DNA of 64,000 bases from Okamejei kenojei (Eukaryota), in the NCBI GenBank assembly GCA_035221665.1, contig CM069162.1, forward strand, positions 15,748,001 through 15,812,000, in the 5' to 3' direction. The notes beneath the pieces were generated by a model that worked only from the letters and a program-made list of their open reading frames with translations, was not told the DNA's origin and searched no databases. Shown piece after piece: positions 38,470 through 50,875 of this stretch; position 1 is the stretch's first letter, and each line of letters starts with the position of its first letter. Made by a program: the position numbers and the translations under genes.

Positions 38470-39238
38470 TCGTTAAAGAGCATTGTCTTAAGAAATATTG
38501 AGCTAACTGTCATTTGTTCACATGTACTGTGCATTAACATGTAGTTCAGACATGGTTAAAGCTGTGACACAAAGCTACATTGCATCAACTCCCAAGTACA
38601 ATGAACTCAATGTCCTTCAACTCACAATTTGACAATGCACTGATTGTTTTTTTCATATGCTAATCACTTCCTTTAGTAGGCAAATGGAATTCCCAAAAGG
38701 GAAAAATGGATCTAGCAAAATTAAATCATGTGAACCTTGTTCCTTTTACTTTGAGGTGTTGTGTTGTTGGTAGAAAGAGGCAATCCTGCTCCCAATAGAC
38801 TTTCCGGATTTGAGTGTTTTGCAAGTGAGGTAAATGGCAGGGTAAATTTTGTGTGCAGATACTAAATGTTGAATGGAGAGCGATATTTTTTAAACTGTTG
38901 GTAATGTATGGCGATATGTATAGAAAGGAAGCAGTAAACTTACAGGTAAGATCAAGAAAGAAAATGTGACCTCTGGTACCAATATACCATCCCCAAATCA
39001 GCCACAAGGCTTTAGATTCAGGTGCAAGAATACATTCAAACTGAATGAAGGATTAAAATTTTTGTTTGAAATGTGAAACACTCTTTGTGTTCCAATTCTG
39101 AATTAATTAATTGATTAATTAATGAGCCATCTTGTGAACCTTTTATGAAAAATGTTTGCTGGAGACATAGCCAACTCATTTTTAAAACAAAGTCAGAACA
39201 CTCTTGCATAGTCAATGCTTTAATAGAACTACTGACAT

Positions 39239-39272
39239 CTCTCTCACTCTCTCTCTCTCTCTCTCTCTCTCT
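39239..39272 (+). repeat. (CT)n microsatellite
   Basis: Seen directly. Confidence 0.9.
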
Positions 39273-40437
39273 AATTTTCTCTCCCCTCTCTCTCATTGAG
39301 CATAGCCGGGGCAATCGCACACACAACATATGTTAGTACTCTTAATATTTATCTATTCATTTATTATATGTACAGCATCCTCGAATGTTATTGTAATATT
39401 TGATCATTTTCTGTGTTTCTTTTAATCAAAGACATTCTCTTCCATTAATTGCAGTATTAAGGAGATCTGACTCCTCAGTGAGTCAGTATTTCAGCTACCT
39501 ATTTAATAGTATGTTATTATAAAACTGAGCAGATTTATAACAACCATTTGATTTTGTGTTTGTGTGTGTGGAAAGCCTTAAAGAATTAATAATCTTCCTC
39601 TTGTTAAATAGACTAATTTATATTAGCTGCATTTTTGTTCACATCATTCTTTGTTAGTGGGATACATATGGCCTCACAGTAGAAAGCTGCAGTAATCAAT
39701 TTCCATTCTGAATTAGAAAGATATATATGAAGAATGCCACTCCTATATACATTCACTTAAGCACTAATGCTGTGGACTACTAGAATAAGTAGAAAATGCA
39801 ATTCTGTTCCATGGTTTTCTTAGAAATATATCCTGGAGACTGATCTCACTTCTGATTTCCCCCAAACCTTCTCGGACAGGAGCTATGATTTATTTTCTAG
39901 TCCATTTGGTGAGACGGGGCTGGAAAATGGAAGGGTCTTGGAGATAAAAGGAACACATACCCCGAGTCAAAATCATGCTTCAAAGATCAATGGAAGTCTT
40001 TATTTGTTGGCATTTGGTACTGGCTGGTTCCAGAGTAAAAACAGCGAGATAATAGAATCTTTCAACAATTGTTAGTTGCAGTGCTCTCCTACAGTCTGTT
40101 ACAGGGGGAAGAGCTTGTATCTCCTTAAACATTGTTACATGGACATTTAGAATGCAGCTTCTAAAGATTTTAAGCATTTTGTTTAGCCATATTTCGTTAA
40201 TTTGATTTCCAAGTACCACTGGTTAAGTATACGGTGAAGCAGCCAGATGGATAAGCAGATGGATAAGATTGTGTAACTATCTGTGATACAATAGGGTGCT
40301 CTTGGTGTGTTGAGAAATATAATTTACTTTCAACACTTGGTCCCAGTCAAACTGATACAATAACTTTATACTTTATCACTGTGCTACAAACCAAAAACTT
40401 GCAGGCGGACTGACTGCAAGCAGCAAACTAATATATT

Positions 40438-40658
40438 ATAGAAACAAAGAACTGCAGATGCTAGTTTACAAAAGAAAACAAGGAGTGCTGGAGCAGCTCA
40501 GCGGGTCAGTCAGTATCTCAGGAGAACATGGTTAGGTGACGTTTCGTGTCAGGACCCTTTAATCTGAAGAAGGGTCCCGACTTGAAACGGGATCTATCCA
40601 TGTTCTCCTGAGATGCTGCCTGACCTGCTGAGCTACTCCAGCATTGTGTCTTCTTCTG
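40438..40658. mobile_element. Penelope-derived near-perfect palindrome
   Basis: 12-bp TSD aactaatatatt at 40426-40437 and 40659-40670; arms ~75 bp. Confidence 0.85.
40564..40588 (+). ncRNA. Minimal hammerhead-like core in a Penelope-derived palindrome
   Basis: CTGAAGA-A-GGGT(CCCG)ACTT-GAAAC; cleavage triplet degenerate. Confidence 0.4.
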
Positions 40659-42058
40659 AACTAATATATTGTGTGCAGTGCCTGCATTCAGTCTATGTCA
40701 TTGAACATTAATGAGGGGAAAATGTGAATGGAGCAGATAAAGCATGAGACACTAAGCAGACTGATTCCTTGTGTCGTTTTAAATAGGGAAATGAGTGCAT
40801 TCGTCACCTTCCAAAACATTCACTGGCAGAACTAATGAGATCTTCTAACAACCTGGCTAGCCACATTCACATACTGTATGTTATATTAACCCACTCAAGA
40901 ACTTTATTTTTTATAAAGAATAAAGGCCTTGCAATGTAGATTGTTACACAAACTATGTCCATTTGGAGGTGATTCAGTGACCTGGGCAATGGGAAGTAAG
41001 GATATGACTGAATTATTAAGATGCTGAACTTTTTTTTACTGCTTTCAGTGTTAATCTCTTTGCTTCCAGACTTTTTTTAACCAGTTAGTGTGAATTTTAT
41101 TAAATAATAATATACATGTGCGGGCAATGAAAACCCAGTTGGTGGTCCAGTTGCAAAATGTATTTAACAATGCCTCTATCAAAGGCAGGGACTACTGCGG
41201 AGTTGCTAATTAACACAAACTGAGAGAAGTGAATTTAAACTCTATTCTTTCCCTAGACCTATGCACTCATACTGAGGGCAAGATTAAAGGCCGAGAAGAT
41301 GGGTTTAGTGTAGATGGGTACATAATTGTCAGTGCAGACACCGTAGACTCTGCTTCTATGGTATATGACAATGACTCTATGACCATCCCAATAGTGTTAG
41401 GTGACATCACTGTAGAACAAAGGGACTGAGTCAACATTTTGTGTTTTCTCCTCTGCTGTACAAAGCAGTTGTGTTTAAGAGCTTGGGGTGTCCCAAAAGT
41501 GAGAACTTTGACGACTCTGAATACGACTTTTTTCTGGACTCAAAATTGTAGGCCTCAAGATTATAAAAACTATTGGAAGAGCATTTTGAAAAAATAGATT
41601 TATTAAAATTTGGCACAGTTTAAATATTTCAGGTAGTCAAAAGTGCTGAAGAAACTCAGCGGATGTGGCAGCATCTATGGAGCAAAGGAAATAGGCAACG
41701 TTTTGGGCCAAACCCCTTCTTCAGACTGCAGTTTTTATTCCACTGTAACTTGGTCTACAATCCAAATTGCTCTAAAATAATTGTACAGATGGTGGCTTTC
41801 ACCATGGTTTTCTCATGATCCTTCCCCGCCAAACTTGGTATGTGCTATGGTCCTGGTGCCATACAAGCATTGCTTGTGAAACCGCACTATCTACCATCAT
41901 GACCTCAAATACAAATTGGGAGATTCTCCAGACTTGAACATTACCACAAGCAATTAGGCCAACCTGCTAGTACAACCCCATCACCCTCAGTAATTTTCCC
42001 CGTAACCTATTATCTCTGCATTCCCAGTAATTCTATCACCCACCCACACATTAGGGAC

Positions 42059-42226
42059 TTCTTCTTCTTATCGAGTCCACACACAAGATTAGAAGTTGTT
42101 CAGCCAGAGCTGAACACACTTCTCGGCGTCTGCATACAATGGTATCTGTCTTGTCGCTTCTTGTGTGTGGTGGTGGAAAGATTGGTGGAACCAGGGCCGC
42201 GACGTAAACGCACTTTCCTTGACCTC
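42059..42226 (-). mobile_element. Second family of short ribozyme-headed retroposon with (AAG)n tail, nested in an old V-SINE
   Basis: 11-bp TSD acattagggac at 42048-42058 and 42227-42237. Confidence 0.85.
42175..42226 (-). ncRNA. Compact HDV-like ribozyme fold (catalytic C retained)
   Basis: P1 GAGGTC/GGCCCT (one A-C mismatch), P2 GGAAAG/CTTTCC, P3 GCG/CGC, L3 TTTACGT, GG, J4/2 CCAA (C at 42185). Confidence 0.7.
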
Positions 42227-43645
42227 ACATTAGGGACAATTTACAATGACCAAGTAATCCACCAACTCATGCATCTTTGGGATGTTGGAAGAAACCAGAG
42301 CCCTAGAGGAAATTCGCCCAGTCACAGGCAGGTCCAAACTCCATGCAGACAGCACCAGAGGTCAGGATTGAACCTGGTGTACTGGAGGTGTGAGCCAATG
42401 ACTCCACTCGTTGCAACACCATTCCACCCCATGCAAATGGAACTAAAAAAGTCAGTGCTTTCTTATACATGTGAGGAGAACAGGCAAAGAAGAGAATGGT
42501 AGAGTTTAGCTTTCTCTACCTTTGATTAGGTCATTCAATGTTCTGTGGTTCTGTTCCAGGTAATAGCAGAGCAAGCAGTTTTCCAGGTAAAGTGGGTTTG
42601 AAAGCAGCAGAGCATTGTGAGATATGTGTTTTTTTAGCAATAATGGTCCTTGCCTTTAACCTTAACATTTGCCCTTCCCTGATTTATTTTTCTTCAACAT
42701 ATTTCACTTCTATTTATTTCTACCTTTTTTTTTGCAACAATTGCGATTCTAATGTTGGACCTACCAATCTGCTGTGTACATGGCTCATTCCAAGATAATC
42801 AGTCAGTTTCAGTTTATATCCAGATCTTTCCCGAATCACAGCTTGTTATTTTTGGACCATTGCATTACAAAACTCCTACCTCAGTCACTGTGGCAAGAGA
42901 ACACAGGATCTGTATAAGGTGCTAACAGACATGACTTATGTCACCTTTCAGGTATTCGTCTGAGGTATCCCATTTTACCAAGGCTCAGTTACTTGTCAGT
43001 TTAAAGGTGTTAAGATATCATTGCATCCGGGGCTTTTTTAAACAGGAAAGTCCGGGTAGAGTTACTCCGCCGGTGTAGAAGAGATTCGCTTTGGAGTACA
43101 ATGAAAAATAGGATGAGGAAGGTTGCAGCCGCAGCGAATAAACCATAAGCTATTTCTTCTTTTACAGCATGACATTTTTCTATTGCATCAGGAAAAATTT
43201 AACAGGAATAAAGTGTAGCACATCTGTACACAGCTGTCACAGAGGGGTTGTAACAGTCTGGGTGGCAGGGCCTGGTGAGCAAGGTAACTGAAATAGAGTT
43301 CCAGTGGATATTGTGTTTACCAAATCAGAACTGTTTTAAGGCTGTTTAAAATAGTCCAGGCAACAATGTATCAAAGATGCCAATTGTTTGGTGCTTACGC
43401 AGGTTCCTTGGGATTCCATTTGAACCTACCATTTCTGTATGTGTTCAATGCATTTTATTTAAACAATAAAAGCTTTTTAATTCACTGGAGCTGATGTTCT
43501 GTTCCATACATTGATATTTGAAGTCTATGAAATGTTATTTTGTGAGATGATTCCAGCCTCCAAAAATACCAGGGCTGACGTCTAAGTTTGCACTGACAAA
43601 TCTGTCGTACATAGGTGATCATCTTGGCCAGGCAGAAGAAAGCTC

Positions 43646-44001
43646 TTCTATTTCTCCAGAATTTCTCTACCTTTAAGTAACCCCGGCATTTCCTCTCTCT
43701 CTCTATACCTCCCCCATCCAAGTCGCACCAGCTTCTCATTTTCACCCAACAAACAGCTAACAATGACCTGTTTCCTTTATCATCGTTACTTTTTTGCATA
43801 TCTTTCATTCATTGTTTTTTTATCTCTCTACGTCATCGTCTATATCTCTCGTTTCCCTTATGCCTAACCAGTCTGAAAAAGGGTCTCGACCCGAAACATC
43901 ACCAATTCCTTCTCTCCAGGGATGCTGCCTGTCCTGCTGAGTTACTCCAGCTTTTTGTGTCTATCTTCAGTTTAAACCAGCATCTGCAATTCCTTCCTAC
44001 A
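43646..44001 (+). mobile_element. Penelope-like 3' terminal fragment
   Basis: 13-bp TSD cagaagaaagctc at 43633-43645 and 44002-44014; ends ..ccagcatctgcaattcctt. Confidence 0.8.
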
Positions 44002-44994
44002 CAGAAGAAAGCTCGACAGGTTTGTTTCTTTTGGGAACATTTTTCGGGTTCCTCTCCAACTCACTCATGGTCACCAGAAGGTTGCCATTCCTTCGCTTGC
44101 GTTGGGTCAATATCTCAGATGTCCACCTTTGTATGTGCCCCATCCGCACACTCACAGCCAAGTGGCAAATGGAAAGGCTCGGCTTCACTACAACCTACTA
44201 TGGGCTACAAATACCAATGTTTTCACTGCTATCCCCATCCTCATCCCCACATTCAATTACCTCAGCTTGCCCAGTAAACATCCTGGGGATTGTACATGGC
44301 ACAGAAGATGTGTATACAAGGGGTCTGAGGTGCCTACCTATTAATTAGGATAACTCAACTAACAGTTAATGTTTAATCAATTATTTACTGGGAGTGAAGG
44401 AATTCCCATGCACCATCCAAAGCCTTGTTTAAACTCATCAAAGCCCTCTTCACTGTTTTCCTTTTAAATTCCCCGGGACTGTTTCCTGCACACATTTTGC
44501 ACTGGTCTCTATTTTCCATGCTCCTTTAAACTCGCTGGGACACTGCTTCCTCTGTTCCTTTAAACTTTCAGGACTGCAATTCCCAGCGACTTTAAGTATC
44601 TTTTTTTCTTCTAATTGCTTGCAAGGTAATGAGCCATTACCCACGTTTAACTCTTCTGGTAAGCCATTCAATGAGAACAATTCCTCAACAGAGCCAGCCC
44701 AACGTTTTTCACATCAGTCAACTTTTAGTAACTATCTGCAGGTACGATAAAGCCACCGATCCCTTTCTCACAGTTATCAATTTGTGCTGCATGGAAAATG
44801 TGTTTACATGTCCAGCGTGTTCACTTTCCATCAATCATCATTTTGGAATAGGAAAATCTTAATTTGCTCTTTTCAACATGAAAATCTGAATGTATCTGAA
44901 ATCTCATATGGTAATACCTCTGCAGGTGCATTTTGTTTTGAGGTTTTATATTCAATCATGTAGTCATGTTGAGATCATAGATTGTACACATTTG

Positions 44995-46650
44995 TGTAAC
45001 TTGTCCAACCTCTCTTTATAGTTAATTCTCTCTAATCCAGGGAGTATGCTGGTAAACTTCTTCTGCACCCTCTCCAAAGTCTCCACATCCTTGCTATCAT
45101 GGGGCGACCAAAACTGCACACAATACCCCATATGTGGCCTAACCAAAGTCCGAGAAGGCTGCAATATGACCACCTGACTTACACTCGATGCCTAACCGAT
45201 GAAGGCATGCATGTCATATGCCTTCTTTATCAATCTATCTAACTGTGTTGCCACTTTGAGGGCGTTATGGACTTGGATCCCAGTATCTGTACATCAATGC
45301 TATTAAGGGTCATCCCATTTAGCATGTAACATTTGACCTCCCAAAGAACAACACCTTACACTCAGATTAAACTCCATCTGCCATTTCTCTGCCCATTTCT
45401 GTAGCTGATCTATATCCCACCGTATACCATGACAACCTTCCTTTTTGCAACTCCACCAATCTTGGTGTAGTGTACAAAGTACGAAACAACACAACTACAT
45501 TTATGCCCAATTTATATATATTACAAACAACAGAGGTCCCAGCACAGATCCCAGCAGAACTCAACCGGTCACAAACCTCCACAATCCTCTGTCTTCTATG
45601 AATATTCCAGATCTGAATCCAAATGGTCGTCACTATTGGTTCATGCATCTTAATCTTCTGATTTAACCTATCTCTTATTATGCACCTTACTAAAATTAAC
45701 GTGGACAACATCCACATCCTCATTGATCATCTTTGGACCTTCCTGCCATGGACAAAACTGCTGACTTTCCCTAATTAGCCCATTCCCTTCCAAACGTGAG
45801 TGAATCCTGTCCCGAAGAATCCTCTCCAATAGTTTCCAACCATTGATGTGAGGCTCATTGACCTATAATTTCCTCTACTTCCCTTTTTAAAGAGAGGAAC
45901 AATATTGCCTACCCTCCAGTCCTCCAGGACCTCGCCTGTGACGAGTGAAAATATACACATCTTTGTGCAGACCTCTGCAAACTTCTCGCTTACCTCTAAC
46001 CTTGGATAGGTGCCATCAGGCCCTAGGAATTTATCCACCATAATGCTCTTCAAGAGCCCCAGGTTAAAAAAAGAACATGTCCTTGCATATTAGTATTCTC
46101 CACACTAATCTCACCGTCCTTCTTGGTGAAAAGAGATGCAAAATACTCATTTAATACCTCATCTATATTAGCTGATGCCAAGCATAAATTCCCTCCTTTA
46201 TTCTTGGACGGTCCGACCTTCTCCCTGGTTACCCTTGTCCTAAGTAAATATTAAACTGACTGTTCTATTTTCTAGAATTCGGAAGAATGAGAGGCAATCA
46301 CATTGAACTTTATAAAATTGTTACAGGGCATTGCAATTTGATGTAGAGATGTTTCCCTGGTTAAGGAGTCTGAAACCAGAGGCCATAGTCTTAGAAAAAG
46401 GGAAGAGATAAGGAGCAATTTCTTACTCAAAAAGGTTTTGAATCTTTGGAATTCTTTACCCTGGATCACAGGGGATCGGTCAATGAGTTCATTCAAAATA
46501 GAGATTGATATATTACTGGATATTAAAGGAATGAGAGTTATGGGCATTGTGTAGCAAAATAACCCTGAGGTAGATCAGCAAAAATGTTGATGAAAGACAA
46601 AGCATGCTCAACGAAACACATGTTCTGATTTTTCTCCTAATTACTTATGC
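44995..46650. mobile_element. CR1-type LINE fragments (minus 44995-46240, plus 46270-46650)
   Basis: GPDGTYPR..WRVGNIVPLFKKGSRGNYR; LQKWAEKWQMEFN; LVRPHMGYCVQFWSP. Confidence 0.88.
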
Positions 46651-46963
46651 TCTTAAAAGCCATACTTACATTTTGTGACAGCAACCTCTCCTTTTGGGCA
46701 TTGCTCTGATCCTTTTAACTGGCTGACAGGTGTGGCCAATCCCCAGCATTATTGCAATTGATTGGCCATTTGAAACTTGTCATCCTACTCTCAAAGATCC
46801 AGGCATTTGAGCCAGACTGGGAGAGGACAATGGAGAGTGGAGGGGGAAGGGAGGAGAAAAGAAGCAAATGAGGAAGGGAGATAAAGTGGGCAGCTTCCCT
46901 CCGAGTTGTGTTCCCCTATCGCAGGTACGAGCAAGAGAGCCAATGGGATAGATCTGAGACCAC

Positions 46964-46982
46964 TAGCGCCACCACGTGGTCA
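46964..46982 (-). promoter_or_regulatory. Candidate CTCF site
   Basis: Minus strand TGACCACGTGGTGGCGCTA versus consensus TGGCCACCAGGGGGCGCTA. Confidence 0.45.
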
Positions 46983-47385
46983 AGACTGGACTACTGGGAA
47001 AGTAGCCCTAGAGAGCCAGCACCTCTACCCGAGGCTATGTCTAAGTGGCCGCAGGAGGCCTGAAATACCAGAACCTCTTCCTGCCCACAGACACTGAGAG
47101 ACTGCACTTCACCCAACTGTGAGTGTCAGTATGTTCACTGCCGAACCTGGCATCATTCCCCCGATGCCACAATATTTTGAGCTTTACATTGCATTTGTGT
47201 AGTCACCTGAACAATTACAATAATAATGTTCATAGATTCATTTTGGTATGTTAAGTTTTTTTCCAATCATTGCAAATGTATAGACAACATTCAGTTTATG
47301 AAGTATCTTGGCTGTTGCGGCTTGAAAGATATTTGCTGATGATTTCACACCTGTGATGTGGTTTTCTGCAGAATACAGCCATAAT

Positions 47386-47742
47386 TTAGTTTAGTTTATT
47401 ATTCCCACATGTACTGAGATACAGTGAAAAGTGTTTGTTTGCATGTTATCCAGTCTAAAAAGGCCATATGAATACAATCAAGCCATTTAGTGCAAAGATA
47501 TTACATTGACATCCGATAAAGTCCGATTAAAGAAAGTTCAAAGGCCTCCAATGAGGGAGATAGGAGGTCAGGACCACACTATAGCTGATGAGAGGACCAT
47601 TTAGTAGCCTGATAACATCTGGGAATAAACTTCCTGAATCTGGTGGTATGTGTTCTCTATTGTATTTCCTGTATTTCCTGCCTGATGGGAGAGGGGAGAA
47701 GAAGGAGTGACCAGGGTGAGACTGGTCCTCGATTATGGCCAT
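47386..47742 (-). mobile_element. Rex1/Babar-like LINE 3' end
   Basis: IIEDQSHPGHSFFSPLPSGRKYR..LFPDVIRLLN; (ctaaa)n tail. Confidence 0.8.
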
Positions 47743-47824
47743 GACTTTGATGTGGCTGGTCTAGCACAAATTGATGGTGATATTTATTCCTAACTTTTCT
47801 TATGAAGATAAACCCTTCCCATTA

Positions 47825-48170
47825 AACCTAGAAACATAGAAAATAGATGCCATTCAGCCTTTCAAGCCAGCGCCACCATTCAATATGATCATGGCTCATC
47901 ATCTAAAATCAGTACCCTGTTCCTGCTTTTTCCCCATATCCCTTGATTCTGCTTTTCCCTATGAGCTACATCTAACTCTCTCTTGAAAACATCCAGTGAT
48001 TTGGCCTAAAATTCTACAGATTAACAACTATCTGGGTGAAACAGTTTTTTCCTCATCTCAGTCCTAAATGGCCTACCCCTTTTTCTTAAATTATGACCCC
48101 TGGTTCTAGACTCCCACAACATCGGGAACATTTTACCTGCATTAAGCCTGTCCAATCCCTTAAGCATTAG
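47825..48170 (-). mobile_element. CR1/HER1 LINE 3' end
   Basis: Reverse of the tail seen at 62660-63125. Confidence 0.8.
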
Positions 48171-48194
48171 CATGTTTTCAAAAAGGAGCTTGTT

Positions 48195-48560
48195 ATCTGA
48201 ATGGTCCTGAACAACAATCTTGCTCTCAACATTATCAAGACCAAAGAGCTATTGTTGACTTCAAGAAGGGAGAACTGGGGATCCATGAACCTGCATTCAT
48301 CAATGGGGCAGTGGTGGAGAGAGTCAATGACTTACAAGTTTCTGGGCATGCATAACTAAAAATCTGTCCTGGGCCCATGCAATCATAAAGAGAGTTCACC
48401 AACTCCTCTACATCTTTAGTCAATGGAGGAGATTTAGTATGTCCCCAAATACTTCATGGAACTTCTACAGGTGTGCAGCAGAGAGCATGTTGATTGTAAC
48501 ACTCCCAACCTCAGGAACTCGAATGCCCAGGAATGAATTGGGCCTGCAGAAGGTGGTAGA
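48195..48560 (+). mobile_element. Rex1/Babar-like RT fragment
   Basis: NNLALNIIKTKELLLTSR..INGAVVERVN..KFLG, frameshifted. Confidence 0.7.
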
Positions 48561-49439
48561 CATCTCCTCCCTTGCCTCGATTAGTGAGCTGGTTTGCATC
48601 TTATCAGGATCTGTGGAGTGACTGACCCATCATAATGTGTTCTTGAATTGGTAATTAGGTCATATTCTAGCTTAAGTGATACATCAGGAGCTTTTAAGCA
48701 TAGGGCTACACAAGAATGAGTTACTCCAGGATCACATTGCACTGGGTAGGCACAGCAGATTTCCTTCCCAAGTGGAAATTTATGTTGCTGCTGATATTTT
48801 GCAACAATTTGGCAGCTTCGGGCTTTGATTTTACTGAAATAAGGTTGTTTTTATCCAGGTTTATAAAACTTCAAATTCCCAAAGTTATAGGTCAGTATTT
48901 TAACCCCCTTTACTGAAGGGTTTAAAAAACGCTGTCTTCATAAATCTGCAAAGTGATGTCTACAGGTTTAATGAGGGTGACTGGAATCTGAATGCCCTCT
49001 GTGTCGATTGAAGTGAACACCAGGATTTTGGTGTCATGATCCATGTCATTATCCATGGGGCTTTGTTTTTGAGTGTGAGTCTGCATTCTTCCTCTTCTTT
49101 CCCTGATCGTCAGGGAGTGCCTGCTCGTTATTCGTGCAGAATATGCATCTGAGTGCTGACTGACTATCAAAGCACACAGTCAAGTAATTAGTTTCTTAAC
49201 CACGGGAATGCCCGTTCCCTTGTGTGGAGGAGGCAAATGGACACATTTGTAAAGACTTTTCCTAAATGAAAAAAAAACGATATTGTCTCACCACTGAACA
49301 ATTCAAATAATGGATTGAACTTTGAATGTGGATGAGGCAATGTATAAGTCGTATTGTCCAGACAGGCAAATGTTTTCTGTGCTCCACTAGCTGTCTTGTG
49401 TTCCCTTTTTTAAAAGGAAATTCCTTTCCATTTTCCTGA

Positions 49440-50875
49440 ATCATATAGAACGTAGAACAGTACAGCACAGGAACAGGCTCATCAGCCCACAATGTATGTG
49501 CCAAACATGATGCCAAGACAATTCTTATCTGCCTGCACATTTTCCATTTTCCTCCAAACGCTACCTATCAATGTGCCTATCCAAAAGCTTCTGAAACGGC
49601 ATTATCATATTTGGCTTCACCGCCATACCTGCCAGTGTATTCCAGGCACCGACATCCTCTGTGTACATCTCCTTTAAACTTTACCCCGCTCATCTTAAAG
49701 CTTTATGCCCCTGTCCCACTTTGGAAACCTGAACGGAAACCTCTGGAGACTTTGCGCCCCACCCAAGGGTTCCGTGCGGTTCCCGGAGGTTTTTGTCCTC
49801 CGGCAACCACCTTCAACTAACATCGTAACCGACTTCGACTAAAAAATTACTGATTCCGGGAACCGCACGGAAACCTTGGGTGGGGCGCAAAGTCTCCAGA
49901 GGTTTCCGTTCAGGTTTCCTAAGTGGGACAGGGGCAAAACTCTCCAGCCTTTGACATTTCATCCGTAAGAAAAAGGTTCTGTCTACATTATCCAAGGCAC
50001 CTTATCTATGCATCTCATAATTTTATCTACTTCTCTCACGTCTCTCTTCAGCATCCAACACTCCTGAAATAAAACAATCTAAGTTTGTTCAATCTCTCTT
50101 TGGAGCTAATATCCTCTAAACCAGGCAACATTCCCCAATCCACTTCTGCGCCCTCTCTCAAGCCTCCACGTCCTTCCTGTAATGGGGTAACCAGACTGCA
50201 AACAATACACCCAATGCGGCTCAATCAAAGTCATGTAAGGATGCAACATGACTTCCAGACTTTTATATTCAATGCCCTGACCTATGAAGGCAAGCATACC
50301 ATGCACATTTTTTTTTTACCTCTCTGTCTACTTTGAGGTAGCTATGGATTTAGATCCCAAGATACCTCTGTACTTCAATGCTGTTGAGAGTCTTGCCATT
50401 AACTGCAGACTCTCCCCTACCATTGGACTTTGCAAAATGCAACAACTCACAGCTGCTCGGATTAAACTCCATCTGTAATTTCTCCACCCATTTCTGTAGC
50501 TGATCTATAGTCCGTTGTATACTTTGACACCCTACTAACTGTCCGCAACTCCACCAATTTTGGTGTTGTGCAAACCTACTAACCAGCACATTTATTTTTA
50601 TGCCCAAGTCATTTATATATATATATCACAAACAACAGAGGGCCCAGCACAGATCCCTTCCCGAACTCCTCTGGTCACGGACCTCCAGCCATTTTAAAAC
50701 CCTTCCACCACAACTGTCTTCCATGAGTAAGCCAATTCTTTATTCCAAACAACCAAGTCACCATGGATCGCATGCATCTTAATCTTCTGGATCAGACTGC
50801 AATAAGGGACTTTATCAAATACTTTACTAAAATCTATGTAGACAATATCAACTGCCCTACCCTCATCAATTACCT
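49440..50875 (-). mobile_element. CR1-type LINE, interrupted by a MITE
   Basis: MLAFIGQGIEYKSLEVML; LQKWVEKLQMEFNPSSCELLHF; DFSKVFDKV. Confidence 0.85.
49706..49936. mobile_element. MITE with ~80-bp near-perfect terminal inverted repeats (possibly PIF/Harbinger-related)
   Basis: tgcccctgtcccactt..ggttcccgga paired with tccgggaacc..aagtgggacaggggca; related aagtgggacag ends at ~35185 and ~57430. Confidence 0.85.

Noticed and set aside
42940-43290. Exon-like intergenic segments with AG/GT signals
   Set aside because: Stops in the plus-strand frames I checked and no recognisable product.
49707-49935. Identical peptide PERKPLETLRPTQGFRAVPG on both strands
   Set aside because: Artefact of translating the two arms of the MITE inverted repeat.
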